From the NCBI GenBank assembly GCA_965216875.1, contig OZ244207.1, forward strand, positions 4,256,001 through 4,320,000: 64,000 nucleotides of DNA, written 5' to 3'. Made by a program: the position numbers and the translations under genes. This document shows, piece after piece, positions 1 through 8,786 of this stretch (positions are counted from its first letter, which is position 1; every line of letters starts with the position of its first letter). The notes below the pieces were generated by a model. That model was given only the letters and a program-made list of their open reading frames with translations, had not been told where the DNA came from and did not search any database. This DNA is from Rubripirellula sp. GTDB taxonomy: Bacteria; Planctomycetota; Planctomycetia; Pirellulales; Pirellulaceae.

Positions 1-77
1 AGTGGTTCCAGCAAATCGATTGTCGTGAAAAGGTCTTTTGGATCACGACACCGCTGAGCGGTTTCTACATTCGCAAT

Positions 78-557
78 TTGAGCGGCCCTAACTCGATCAT
101 CATCTCGGCAACCCTAGCCGATCTTGAAGTCAGCGCGACCGACATGCCCTACGTGTTGGCCGACGTCATTTCAGACGATCCCGACACTCAAAAGGCGGGC
201 GACCGCGACGCGGACGGGCAAACCACGCTGCTTGATCTGTACCTTGCGTGTTGCGAGGAGATCGCCTCCCGCTACGAAATCGAAAACCTCGTCTGCACCG
301 AACACGCACTCATCGACGACAACGGCGACCGCCGCGGTTCCGAGCTGCAGCTGCGTTACCTTCCCGAAGAGCTCGGCGGACGCCCCGAACTGGCAAAACG
401 CAATCGCCCCAGTTCACTCGACGGAGCCCGAGCGGCAACTGTGCTGCTGCCAAACCTGCCCGTCGCAGCACCGCCTGAAGCGGAGCCTGAAGAGCCCGAG
501 GCTGAAGCCGAGCCGGACGCCGAAGCGGAACCAGAGCCTGATGCAGATGCTGAGTGA
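78..557 (+). CDS. Hypothetical protein with acidic Pro/Glu/Ala-rich C-terminal tail
   Basis: 159-aa ORF (TTG start), protein-like composition, followed by a REP cluster; no family recognised. Confidence 0.65.
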   Translation: MSGPNSIIISATLADLEVSATDMPYVLADVISDDPDTQKAGDRDADGQTTLLDLYLACCEEIASRYEIENLVCTEHALIDDNGDRRGSELQLRYLPEELGGRPELAKRNRPSSLDGARAATVLLPNLPVAAPPEAEPEEPEAEAEPDAEAEPEPDADAE

Positions 558-564
558 TCTCGAA

Positions 565-790
565 GTGAGCCGAACGCGCTAGCGTCGGGCCCCGAGGATT
601 CACGCTGCAGCGTCAGTTCTACGTAGGCCAGATCCAGAAGCAACAGCGACGCAGATCCGTCACCTTCCCTTTGCGCAGCTACCCTTGCCAGAGAAACGTA
701 TACCAAGGCGTTCTCCACCACCCCCACGCTCTGGCGAGCGTAGCTACGGTCGCCACGTCCTTCTGGCGAACGTCGCTACGGTGGCGTGGT
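565..790. repeat. Composite REP cluster (GTGAG-type, GTAGGCC-type and GTAGCTAC-type palindromic units)
   Basis: gtgagccgaacgcgctagcgtcgggc at 565; gtaggccagatc...gatcc at 623; ctggcgagcgtagctac units about 727-781; the same units recur at 8221, 11461, 13432-13580, 41420. Confidence 0.8.
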
Positions 791-868
791 ACCTAGGTCA
801 ATCGTGCAGAATCGGTTAGAACAGTCGTTGAAGTTTGAACGCCTCAGGGACTCGACGACGCGATTGGC

Positions 869-1402
869 ATGAGTGGGCAAAATATCGAAACGGCTTACCT
901 GTATTGCCCTCGCTGTGGCGCCAAATCCAAAGCGTCGCCAGCCGTACCGTTTCGATGTGCCGAGTGCAATTTCGCCAACTTCTTTGGGCCCGTTGGAGCG
1001 GTCGGAGCCATTGTCACCGATGGCGAAGGGAAGGTCCTATTTGTGCGTCGCGCCAAAAACCCGGGCAAGGGTATGTGGGGCCTACCGGGTGGCTTCATCG
1101 ATCGTGGTGAATCGGGCGAACAAGCACTCTGCCGCGAAGTCCTCGAAGAAACCGGACTGACCGTCACGCAGTGCAACTACTTGTTGTCCGCCCCCAACAA
1201 TTACAACTATCAAGGTCTCGTCGCGCCGGTGATCGACCTGTTCTACACCTGCGAAGTCGAACCGGGGCCGATCGAATTGGTCGACGGGGAATTGGATCAT
1301 TACGAATGGGCGCGTCCGAGTGAGGACTATCTGTCCCACATGGCCTTCGAGTCCAACCGCAAAGCGCTCGAGTACTGGGCGTCGCAGCAATCGGCCTCTT
1401 GA
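869..1402 (+). CDS. NUDIX hydrolase with N-terminal zinc ribbon
   Basis: CPRCG...CAEC zinc ribbon; Nudix box GGFIDRGESGEQALCREVLEETG. Confidence 0.92.
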   Translation: MSGQNIETAYLYCPRCGAKSKASPAVPFRCAECNFANFFGPVGAVGAIVTDGEGKVLFVRRAKNPGKGMWGLPGGFIDRGESGEQALCREVLEETGLTVTQCNYLLSAPNNYNYQGLVAPVIDLFYTCEVEPGPIELVDGELDHYEWARPSEDYLSHMAFESNRKALEYWASQQSAS

Positions 1403-1412
1403 GCGGCTGTTC

Positions 1413-1467
1413 GTAGTACCGGCTTTAGCCGGAATCTTCACGCCCTTCCGCCTAAAGGCGGGACTAC
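1413..1467. repeat. REP doublet (inverted pair, GTAGTACCGGC family)
   Basis: gtagtaccggctttagccgg ... ccgcctaaaggcgggactac; same family at 3749, 31913, 39373, 41470-41766, 57760. Confidence 0.85.
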
Positions 1468-1526
1468 AAACGGCGCTCAGTCCGGGCCTTAGAGCCCGAC
1501 TCTGCCAAGGAAGAGTGTTTTGAAGA

Positions 1527-1739
1527 TCACTTGGTCAGAATCAGCTTTCCCTGACGGGTTTTTCGCAATCGATAGATCTGCCCTTCCATCTCAATCCAGA
1601 TTTCGTCGCCACACTTGGCCAATGACGAAAAGGGAATGATCTTCGGAATGGCGACCCCATCGGCAGCCGCAGCGGACAAGCTTTCTGGATTGCCCCCAGC
1701 GAACGATGAATCGTGTTCGGACGACGATGAAGTGTTCAA
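1527..1739 (-). CDS. hemP: Hemin uptake protein HemP family
   Basis: C-terminal signature EIWIEMEGQIYRLRKTRQGKLILTK; start codon uncertain. Confidence 0.9.
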   Translation of the reverse strand: MNTSSSSEHDSSFAGGNPESLSAAAADGVAIPKIIPFSSLAKCGDEIWIEMEGQIYRLRKTRQGKLILTK

Positions 1740-1828
1740 CGTTTCGGCTGAAAAAGGGGCAGGGGATTGGAGACGACTGCCCGCGACAAAGTCGGTAAGC
1801 TGCCATCGACTTTCGCTATCGTAGTCTT

Positions 1829-1845
1829 TTGAGAATGACTCGCAA
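1829..1845. promoter_or_regulatory. Fur-box-like palindrome upstream of hemP
   Basis: TTGAGAATGACTCGCAA, imperfect TTGAGAATnATTCTCAA palindrome; related copies at 1938, 1982, 3080. Confidence 0.65.
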
Positions 1846-1937
1846 TAGCGGTTTGGCGACTGTTAAAAAACAAACCGAACCGCTCCGTCGATCGGCCCGA
1901 ATCGGGAGCCTGAAAGCGCGCGGCTGCCTCGCTGATG

Positions 1938-1998
1938 TTGAGAACGCTTATCGTCTATTTCCTATAGAAACAGACCACTTATTGCCGTCCATTCTCAA
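1938..1998. promoter_or_regulatory. Two further Fur-box-like sites between hemP and the ferritin-like gene
   Basis: TTGAGAACGCTTATCGT (1938-1954) and TTGCCGTCCATTCTCAA (1982-1998). Confidence 0.5.
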
Positions 1999-2117
1999 CA
2001 AGAAAACTTTTTAAATGTTTCTATCTCGAAGCGCCGATTTGGCGTTGCAGGTACCGCGCGAACGCGCTATCTGAAAAGAGAAAGACCCTGCAAACCAACC
2101 TCTCAGGAGAGACACTT

Positions 2118-2570
2118 ATGTCAAATCAAGCAATCATCGATCACCTCAACGAAATCCTGAAGCACGAATGGACCGGCGTTGCTCAGTACTCGCAGGCTGC
2201 TTTCATCGTCGAAGGCATCTGGCGCGAGGTTTACGCCGAGACCTTCATGGAGAACGCCGAGGAATCCTTCGGCCACGCCAAGCTGGTTGGCGACAAGATC
2301 GTTGCCCTCGGTGGCGTTCCCGTCGCCACTCGCAACGAAATCAAGCAATCACGCGACTTGCAAGAAGTGCTCGAGTTCAGTCTCGCTTTCGAAGCCAAAG
2401 CGGTTGAGATGTACGACAAGGCGATCGACATGGCCGAAGGAGACAAGGCTCTGGTCATCTTCCTCGAGGACATCCTCAAAGAAGAGCAAGAAGGTGTCGA
2501 CGAGTTCACCAAACTGCTCCGCAACTCGGGCGGCGCCAGCGCTGCCAACCCGGCCAGCAAGACTGCCTAG
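2118..2570 (+). CDS. Bacterioferritin-like / ferritin-domain protein
   Basis: LNEILKHEWTGVAQY, EESFGHAKLVGDKIVALGG, FEAKAVEMY, EEQEG four-helix pattern; RBS aggag upstream. Confidence 0.88.
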   Translation: MSNQAIIDHLNEILKHEWTGVAQYSQAAFIVEGIWREVYAETFMENAEESFGHAKLVGDKIVALGGVPVATRNEIKQSRDLQEVLEFSLAFEAKAVEMYDKAIDMAEGDKALVIFLEDILKEEQEGVDEFTKLLRNSGGASAANPASKTA

Positions 2571-2584
2571 CCACAAAGGCTCGT

Positions 2585-2684
2585 ACTCGTAGGGTGCGTG
2601 CTTGCACGCACCATGCAGACTCGTAGGGTGCGTGCTTGCACGCACCATGCAGACTCGTAGGGTGCGTGCTTTCACGCACCATGC
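2585..2684. repeat. Tandem array of three 34-bp REP units (GTAGGGTGCGTGCTTGCACGCACC)
   Basis: GTAG starts at 2589, 2623, 2657 (34-bp period); a degenerate fourth palindrome lies at about 2698-2720. Confidence 0.9.
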
Positions 2685-2734
2685 CGACCAGAGGACTGGG
2701 CGCGTGTCAGCACGCGCCCCGCTTTGGCGAGAGA

Positions 2735-3028
2735 CTATCCGACCTGGGCTGCTGCCTCGGTAAAGCTAAGAATTGCCGGACTCGCGGAAGTACGGCGTTG
2801 CGGCTGGAGCGACTTGGTTTGGCCGCCGGAAAGAGCCATCTTCAAACCCGCGACTTGCTCTGGCATCACAGCGATCCGGCTCTGAACGAACCAACCGACG
2901 TCGGCCGATCGTGTTTCTTGTCGCAATACCAGCCGGCTCGGCCCCTCTTCGGGTTGCTCAACGGCAACGACCAAACGGTTGTCTTCGTCTTTGCTGGGAA
3001 AAACGTTGATGATCGATTCGCGGACCAT
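2735..3028 (-). CDS. Hypothetical protein (97 aa), probably iron-regulated
   Basis: ATG ORF with globular-looking N-terminal 65 aa (LVLRQETRSADVGWFVQSRIAV); Fur-like box about 50 nt upstream. Confidence 0.75.
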   Translation of the reverse strand: MVRESIINVFPSKDEDNRLVVAVEQPEEGPSRLVLRQETRSADVGWFVQSRIAVMPEQVAGLKMALSGGQTKSLQPQRRTSASPAILSFTEAAAQVG

Positions 3029-3079
3029 TCGGGTTCCAAAGCAGCTGGAAAGGGTGGGGCTGAGAGAAAAACCACGTTA

Positions 3080-3096
3080 ATGAAAGTCATTCTCAA
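3080..3096. promoter_or_regulatory. Fur-box-like palindrome between the 97-aa gene and the ferredoxin
   Basis: ATGAAAGTCATTCTCAA, 13/16 match to TTGAGAATnATTCTCAA. Confidence 0.65.
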
Positions 3097-3283
3097 CAGC
3101 CAGATTCTAATCGACCTATAATGGCCGTCAACGGCAATCGACTGGTTGGCTCGCACGAATCTCCGCAGCCCGAGCGACCCAGACTGGAGTAGCCCGAAAC
3201 CGGGCGATGCCGTCATTCGCGGGGATTCCGTCGCAATTGGACGACGATCCATTCTCCCAGCTAGACACAGGAAAACGCCAATC

Positions 3284-3652
3284 GTGGCTGATCGAGGCCT
3301 CAAAGATGCCCGCCACCGCGCCATAAAGCTCCATCTCGACTCGGTAACTCGCACGATTTTGCTGTGTGTCGACCGGCGAGAAGCGGGCTGCGCCAGTGGC
3401 AAACAGATGAACGAGTCGTGGAAACACCTCAAACACCGCCTCAAATCACTGGGACTCTCCAAGCGTGGCGGCGTTTTGCGGCTGAAAATCGGCTGCTGCG
3501 GCATCTGCAAAGCGGGCCCGGTCGCTGCGGTGATGCCCGATGGCGTCTGGTACGGCCGCTGCACGCCCGAGGTGCTCGATGAAATCATCGACCGTCATCT
3601 CGTCGAGGGTGAAGTGGTCGAGAAGTACGTGATCGCCGACCCGCGCGCCTGA
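3284..3652 (+). CDS. Thioredoxin-like [2Fe-2S] ferredoxin
   Basis: LLCVDRREAGC...IGCCGICKAGPVAAVMPDGVWY; GTG at 3284 with aggaaa upstream preferred over the ORF-track TTG at 3146. Confidence 0.88.
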   Translation: MADRGLKDARHRAIKLHLDSVTRTILLCVDRREAGCASGKQMNESWKHLKHRLKSLGLSKRGGVLRLKIGCCGICKAGPVAAVMPDGVWYGRCTPEVLDEIIDRHLVEGEVVEKYVIADPRA

Positions 3653-3659
3653 GCACCTA

Positions 3660-3865
3660 CCTCTCCACCTCCCCCTCGTTCCCCCGCTCCTCCGTGGGAA
3701 CGTCCTCCCGGACGCTCCGCGTCCCGCATCCCGTCAGGCTGTTCGTTCGTAGTACCGAGCTTTAGCCGGAATCTTCCCCCACCTCTCACCTCGTTCCCAC
3801 GCTCCTGCGTGGGAACATCCTCCTGGACGCTCCGCGTCCCGCATCCCGTCTAGCCTTTCGTTCTT
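3660..3865. repeat. Composite REP cluster: two GTTCCC...GGGAAC units flanking a GTAGTACC unit
   Basis: cgttccc(c/a)cgctcct(c/g)cgtgggaac...ggacgctccgcgtccc duplicated; same unit at 57618. Confidence 0.8.
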
Positions 3866-3975
3866 AGCGGCGCTCCCCAAGGTACGGCCTCGAAAAACCT
3901 GATGCCGACAATTTCAGGGTTTCGCGATATGATTCAGGCTGATTCCTTTGAAACCAGAATTCCACGGACAGGTCG

Positions 3976-5625
3976 ATGCCAGCGAGTCCCACGTTACGTT
4001 TCCAGGTCGTTTCCTGCCTCAAGGTCGTCGTTTGCAGCCTCCCGCTGTTTGTCACTGGTTGCTCCAACAGCGACTCGTCGAATCAGTCATTAACGAGCGC
4101 TGAATCGCAAGCCGACGACACGCTGCCCGACATCCCCAAACTGCCTGGCGATGCTTCCGCGGACAACGCCGACCAACCAACACAATCTCAGAACGAAGCA
4201 AGTGCGGGCAATCCGCCGCAAGCGGGCGGGCAAGGACCGGCCCCGGGAATGCTCAGTGAAAAACAACTTCAACCATCGCCCGCACTCGAAGAACGCAAGC
4301 TGCGTCCCAACTTGCCGCCGGCTGATCTCGTACGCTTCCTCGCGGCCGCCGACGAGGACCTCAAGATCATCATGTCGGGCCGCGCCGGCCTAAAGACATT
4401 CGAAGAAGCTCGCGACAAACAGCTATCGATCGTCCGTTCGAAACTCGAGGCCTCCAAGCGACTTCTCGAGCACGCGGATGCGAGCGCGGCGATGCGGAGC
4501 GAAGGGGCGCGCGGACAACTGCAAGCGCTTTCGCACCTGGCTTCGATGGGCGACCTCAAGTCGGCCGAGGAGCTTGAAACCATCGCAACCGACAACCTGA
4601 AATCAGAGGACGCGGCACTTGTTGGCGACAGTCAACTCGTGTTGATCGGATTCGCCATCGAAGGCCTGCAAAACGGCAAAGAAGGTGCTGCGGGTAAGAT
4701 CGTTCAGCTCGTCGATGCGATTGCCGCCAACAGCGCGGAACCCGACGTGCCCGCTTTGATGGTGATGGGCCAGGCACGGCAGGTCCTGTTGCAATACGAA
4801 CACGTTGACGAAGCGAAACACGTTCGCAAAGTGATTGTGGATCTGTACGGCGATGCCAAGGATCCGACCATCGCCATGATGGCCGCCCAGATCGCTGGCA
4901 ATGTTCAATACGACGAGATCAACGTTCTGCGAGGACAGATTGTTAAAGGCGAAACGGTGACTGCCGACCAATGGAAATCGGCTGTCGAGACCCTGATCGC
5001 AGAATCGGCCGACATCCAAACCGTCCAATACCTTGCCGGCGCCGCCCTCGAGCTCGAGTCGGTCGAGCAAGAGGAAATGGTCAACATCACGCTGCAAGCA
5101 CTCGTCGATCAATTCGATGATCCCGATTCGGTCACCGGCAAAGAAGTCGAGCTCGCCGTCGCGGCACGCCAAGCGCGCCAGCAGGTGATCGGGCTGACCT
5201 TCACGCCCGATTTGAAGAGCGTCGATGGCAAGGAACTGAACCTCGATACCTACCGTGGCAAAGTTGTCTTGGTGCCGTTTTGGGCAACCGGGTTCCCAGC
5301 CTCGCTGCAGCTCGTCCCTGCCTTGAAGGCGCTCGTAGAAGAGCATGGCGACAAGGTGGCCATCGTCGGTGTGAATCTCGACCGAGACCTGCTCGACGTG
5401 CAAAAGTTCGCCGCCGGAAACGACCTCGGATTTCCGAGTTTCTACGCCCAGTCATCGCCAACGGCGGACGTCGCCAACCCGGTGGCGGCCCAATTTGGAA
5501 TGGTCTCGATGCCATTTCTTGCCATCTTGGACAAAGAGGGCAAGGTCGCCGCGATCAATTACACCGGTCGAGAATTGTCCGAAACGGTTGCGACACTCGT
5601 TGGCGATGCGGCGTCAAAGGAGTGA
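3976..5625 (+). CDS. Putative lipoprotein with C-terminal TlpA/thioredoxin-like domain (no CxxC)
   Basis: Lipobox-like FVTGC; C-terminal DGKELNLDTYRGKVVLVPFWAT...IVGVNLD...ILDKEGKV. Confidence 0.85.
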   Translation: MPASPTLRFQVVSCLKVVVCSLPLFVTGCSNSDSSNQSLTSAESQADDTLPDIPKLPGDASADNADQPTQSQNEASAGNPPQAGGQGPAPGMLSEKQLQPSPALEERKLRPNLPPADLVRFLAAADEDLKIIMSGRAGLKTFEEARDKQLSIVRSKLEASKRLLEHADASAAMRSEGARGQLQALSHLASMGDLKSAEELETIATDNLKSEDAALVGDSQLVLIGFAIEGLQNGKEGAAGKIVQLVDAIAANSAEPDVPALMVMGQARQVLLQYEHVDEAKHVRKVIVDLYGDAKDPTIAMMAAQIAGNVQYDEINVLRGQIVKGETVTADQWKSAVETLIAESADIQTVQYLAGAALELESVEQEEMVNITLQALVDQFDDPDSVTGKEVELAVAARQARQQVIGLTFTPDLKSVDGKELNLDTYRGKVVLVPFWATGFPASLQLVPALKALVEEHGDKVAIVGVNLDRDLLDVQKFAAGNDLGFPSFYAQSSPTADVANPVAAQFGMVSMPFLAILDKEGKVAAINYTGRELSETVATLVGDAASKE

Positions 5626-5631
5626 GCGCAT

Positions 5632-5657
5632 AAAAAAGCCCCGCAAAAAGCAGGGCT
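5632..5657 (-). terminator. Intrinsic terminator downstream of tRNA-Cys
   Basis: Minus strand AGCCCTGC-TTTTT-GCGGGGCT followed by a T run. Confidence 0.7.
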
Positions 5658-5659
5658 AG

Positions 5660-5732
5660 AGGCGACGGCGGGATTCGAACCCGCGCATAACGGATTTGCA
5701 ATCCGCTCCCTTAGCCGCTTGGGTACGTCGCC
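5660..5732 (-). tRNA. tRNA-Cys (GCA)
   Basis: Reverse complement GGCGACG...GCGGATTGCAAATCCG...GGTTCGAATCC...CGTCGCCT cloverleaf; CCA not encoded. Confidence 0.96.
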
Positions 5733-5909
5733 TTGATTTGCGCAACCTAGGAAAAGGTTGGCGATCAGTCAAGATCGGTAGTTTTTTTCGATTGACCGGA
5801 CGATCAGTCGATTACTCCGGTAGTATCGGCCCACCATGTGGCAGCACTTAACTAGAGGTCGAAAGAATTTGTCGGGTTCGACCTGCGGCAAAAAATCACT
5901 TCGAAATCG

Positions 5910-7187
5910 CTAAAGCAACAGCCCAGCGACGGCTCCGGTCATGCAGCACGCGAGCAGGCCACCGAACATCGCTCGCAGGCCGAGCTGGGCAAGGTCTTTC
6001 TTGCGAGATTCTTCCAGCCCGCCGATTCCGCCCACCTGTATCCCAATGGCGCCAAAGTTACTGAACCCAGCAAGTGCATAGGTCAGCACCGTTGCCGTTC
6101 GCTGGCTGATTTGCCCCTCCGCTCCAACGTCCGCCTTGCCAAGTTGATCGTAGGCGATGAATTCATTGGCAACCGTCTTGATCCCGATCAACTCGCCCGC
6201 CTGCAAACATTCCGACGCCGGGATGCCCATCAACCACGCCAGTGGCCAACAGACATACCCAAGAATCGTGCCCAGCGTCAGCTGCGGAATCGAGGCGGCT
6301 GTGTACAAGCCACTCCAATCGCCAAACGTACCGACCACCGTGCAACCATAGCCAAGGATCATGTCGAACAGGGCGATCAACGCCAAAAAAGCAATCAGCA
6401 TCGCTCCCACGTTCAATGCCAACTTCAATCCATCGCTGGCTCCCTCGACCGCCGCCCCAATCAGGTTGACCTGCTCGCTCGGCGGCGACATCTGCATTTC
6501 CGCCGAGACTTTTTCTGGCTCCTCCTCGGGCACCATCACTTTCGCGATCAGCAGCGCGGCCGGCGCGCTGATCACCGAAGCGGTCAACAGGTGAGAGATC
6601 TCAATTCCCATACCTGCGTAAACCCCCAGCAGACCGCCCGTCACCGTTGCGAACCCGCCGGTCATCATGGCGTTGAGCTCACTGCGCGTCATCGTCGCCA
6701 AATAGGGCTTCACAACGAGCGGCGCTTCGGTGTGTCCGACAAACACGTTTGCGGCAGCCGACAAGGTTTCGGCTCCACTTGTTCCGAGCGTGAATCGCAT
6801 GACCCAGGCCATCGCCCAAACCAAACGCTGCATGATCCCCAAGTAGTAAAGGATGCTCATCAACGAGGAAAAGAAGATGACTGTCGGCAAGACTCCGAAC
6901 GCAAACGTCGCCAACAGATTGTCGCCAAGTTCGTTTTGACCCCCAACATCAAACAAGAATCCGCTGCCCGCGCTGACCGAATTCATCACGTTTTGAAAAC
7001 CGATGCCAATCGCTTCAAAAACCGACTGCCCCGCGCTGGTCCGCAGCACAAAGACGCCAAGACCGAGCTGCAACAACAACCCACCGAGCACCACTCGCCA
7101 GGGAAACCGACGCCGATTACTGCTGATCAACCAAGCCAGCAAAATGAACACGACCAGGCCAACAAGACAAATCAATCGGGCCTGCAT
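5910..7187 (-). CDS. nupC: NupC/CNT-family concentrative nucleoside transporter
   Basis: FAFGVLPTVIFFSSLMSILYYLG, GTSGAETLSAAANVFVGHTEAP, ANEFIAY, GFSNFGAIGIQVGG. Confidence 0.93.
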   Translation of the reverse strand: MQARLICLVGLVVFILLAWLISSNRRRFPWRVVLGGLLLQLGLGVFVLRTSAGQSVFEAIGIGFQNVMNSVSAGSGFLFDVGGQNELGDNLLATFAFGVLPTVIFFSSLMSILYYLGIMQRLVWAMAWVMRFTLGTSGAETLSAAANVFVGHTEAPLVVKPYLATMTRSELNAMMTGGFATVTGGLLGVYAGMGIEISHLLTASVISAPAALLIAKVMVPEEEPEKVSAEMQMSPPSEQVNLIGAAVEGASDGLKLALNVGAMLIAFLALIALFDMILGYGCTVVGTFGDWSGLYTAASIPQLTLGTILGYVCWPLAWLMGIPASECLQAGELIGIKTVANEFIAYDQLGKADVGAEGQISQRTATVLTYALAGFSNFGAIGIQVGGIGGLEESRKKDLAQLGLRAMFGGLLACCMTGAVAGLLL

Positions 7188-7225
7188 CGATGCGGTCTCT
7201 CAGGTGGATAGGGGGTCGATGGATG

Positions 7226-7861
7226 TCAGTCGATTTGCGGCGTGTCGAAAATTCGATCGCCCGCATCGCCAAGTCCCGGCACAATGAACGACTGTTCGTT
7301 CAAGACCGGATCAATGGCGGCAACGTACAATTTCAAGTCAGGGAAGTCGCGGCCAACACGGTCGATGCCGTACTGCGAAGCGATGATGCTGAGCACGCGG
7401 ATGTCGTCGACGCCCCACTCCATCAATCGACGCACGACCATGTCGATTGACCCGCCCGTGGCCAACATCGGATCGAGCACCAAGGCGATGTTTGGCGCGC
7501 CCGAATGCGGAAGCTTGTCGTAATACCCAACCGGCTCTGCCGTCTCTTCATTGCGGTACATCCCCAAGTGCCAAACCGCTGCGTCAGGCAACAGGTCTTG
7601 CAGCGGGTCGACCATCCCCAATCCGGCTCGCAAAATCGGAACGAGCCCGATTTGCACTGACAGCTGATTGCAATCGGCCGGACAGAGTGGTGTTTGGATT
7701 TGGACGGGCGCCGTGGGCAAGTCCTTGGTCGCCGACGCACCGACCAGCACCGCCAACCTCTGAATTGCGGCTCGAAACTCAGATGGCCGCGTCGCCTTGT
7801 CACGAACCGTGCAAAGATGATGCTCGACCAGTGGATGCTCGATTCGCGTGACGTGACTCAC
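7226..7861 (-). CDS. upp: Uracil phosphoribosyltransferase
   Basis: LVPILRAGLGM, LDPMLATGGS, IVPGLGDAGDRIF; GTG start at 7861 inferred. Confidence 0.96.
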   Translation of the reverse strand: MSHVTRIEHPLVEHHLCTVRDKATRPSEFRAAIQRLAVLVGASATKDLPTAPVQIQTPLCPADCNQLSVQIGLVPILRAGLGMVDPLQDLLPDAAVWHLGMYRNEETAEPVGYYDKLPHSGAPNIALVLDPMLATGGSIDMVVRRLMEWGVDDIRVLSIIASQYGIDRVGRDFPDLKLYVAAIDPVLNEQSFIVPGLGDAGDRIFDTPQID

Positions 7862-8106
7862 AAGCAGACGACCTGATGCTTGAGATGGATAGGGTGTGAA
7901 AGCGTCACCAGGTCTCAATCAGCCCGGCAGCGACGAGATTCTAATGTTTTTTCCCCGGCCGTGCTTTGCGCCGATTGGAAGTGTGCGGGTTTGTGCCGGG
8001 CCCAGGGAACCGCAAACGGGCGCAGTTCACCTGAGGCGAGAAGTTTGGTAAGTTCCTCCCTCCCGCGCGAAACCCTCACGGGATTTGTGTGTCTGAAAAG
8101 TGGAAC

Positions 8107-8193
8107 GGATGGGTGGCCGAGTGGTCGAAGGCACCAGTCTTGAAAACTGGCGTACGTTTGCGCGTACCGTGGGTTCGAATCCCACCCCATCCG
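8107..8193 (+). tRNA. tRNA-Ser (TGA)
   Basis: GGATGGG acceptor stem, anticodon arm CCAGT-CTTGAAA-ACTGG, long variable arm, GGTTCGAATCC. Confidence 0.96.
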
Positions 8194-8220
8194 CTTCTCT
8201 CTACCAAACGGCCCTTCGCC

Positions 8221-8259
8221 GTAGGCCGGATCAAGGAGCGACAGCGACGCAGATCCGGC
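8221..8259. repeat. REP unit (GTAGGCCGGATC family)
   Basis: gtaggccggatcaaggagcgacagcgacgcagatccggc; near-identical at 41420, 41539, 41658. Confidence 0.85.
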
Positions 8260-8344
8260 ACCCCACTTCAACGCCACAAAGCGGCTAAAGCCCGGCACGG
8301 CGAACTCTGGGCTCGCAATCATCCACAACAGCTTGAAAAAACGC

Positions 8345-8386
8345 TTGACTTCGCTCCCCGCACCTTGTATCAATTGACTAACACAA
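8345..8386 (+). promoter_or_regulatory. Promoter (-35 TTGACT) with overlapping YtrA-type palindromic operator
   Basis: TTGACT at 8345; imperfect palindrome TTGTATCAATTGACTAACACAA at 8365-8386 just upstream of the GntR gene. Confidence 0.55.
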
Positions 8387-8396
8387 CGGTGCAACC

Positions 8397-8786
8397 ATGC
8401 TACTACACATCTCCTCCGACGGCGTCCCGATCTACCAGCAGATCGTCGAGCAGATTCAGTACCGGATCTTTTCTGGGCAACTGAAGACGGGCGACGAGCT
8501 ACCGACGATCCGCGGGCTCGCCGAATCCCTGCGAGTCAACCCGAACACGGTCGCGCGGGCTTATCGCGAGCTTGAACACGAAGGGCTCGTCGAGAAACGT
8601 CGCACCACAGGCACGTTCGTTGCCGAGTTGCCGCCAAAACAAAGTGCCGCGCATCGGCGGCGCATCATTGGCCCTTTGATCGACAAATTGATCATCCAAT
8701 CGCGACAGCTTGGCATTCCAACGACCGAGCTGATCGAACAGATCGAAAAACGAGACAGTCAACTTCCACGTAACGAGGCTTCGTGA
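8397..8786 (+). CDS. GntR family regulator, YtrA subfamily
   Basis: PIYQQIVEQI...LPTIRGLAESLRVNPNTVARAYRELE; short C-terminus; heads an ABC operon. Confidence 0.93.
   Translation: MLLHISSDGVPIYQQIVEQIQYRIFSGQLKTGDELPTIRGLAESLRVNPNTVARAYRELEHEGLVEKRRTTGTFVAELPPKQSAAHRRRIIGPLIDKLIIQSRQLGIPTTELIEQIEKRDSQLPRNEAS

Noticed and set aside
2585..2684. Possible CRISPR array (regular palindromic repeats)
   Set aside because: Units are contiguous with identical linkers and no unique spacers; no cas genes are present; the unit is a dispersed REP.
2636..3121. 161-aa plus-strand ORF
   Set aside because: It starts inside the REP array and overlaps the better-supported minus-strand gene.
6111..7211. Long antisense ORFs (366 aa here; also 26845-27873, 58690-59622, 61983-63278)
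   Set aside because: They are shadow ORFs opposite well-supported genes, expected in GC-rich coding DNA, and carry no recognisable motifs.
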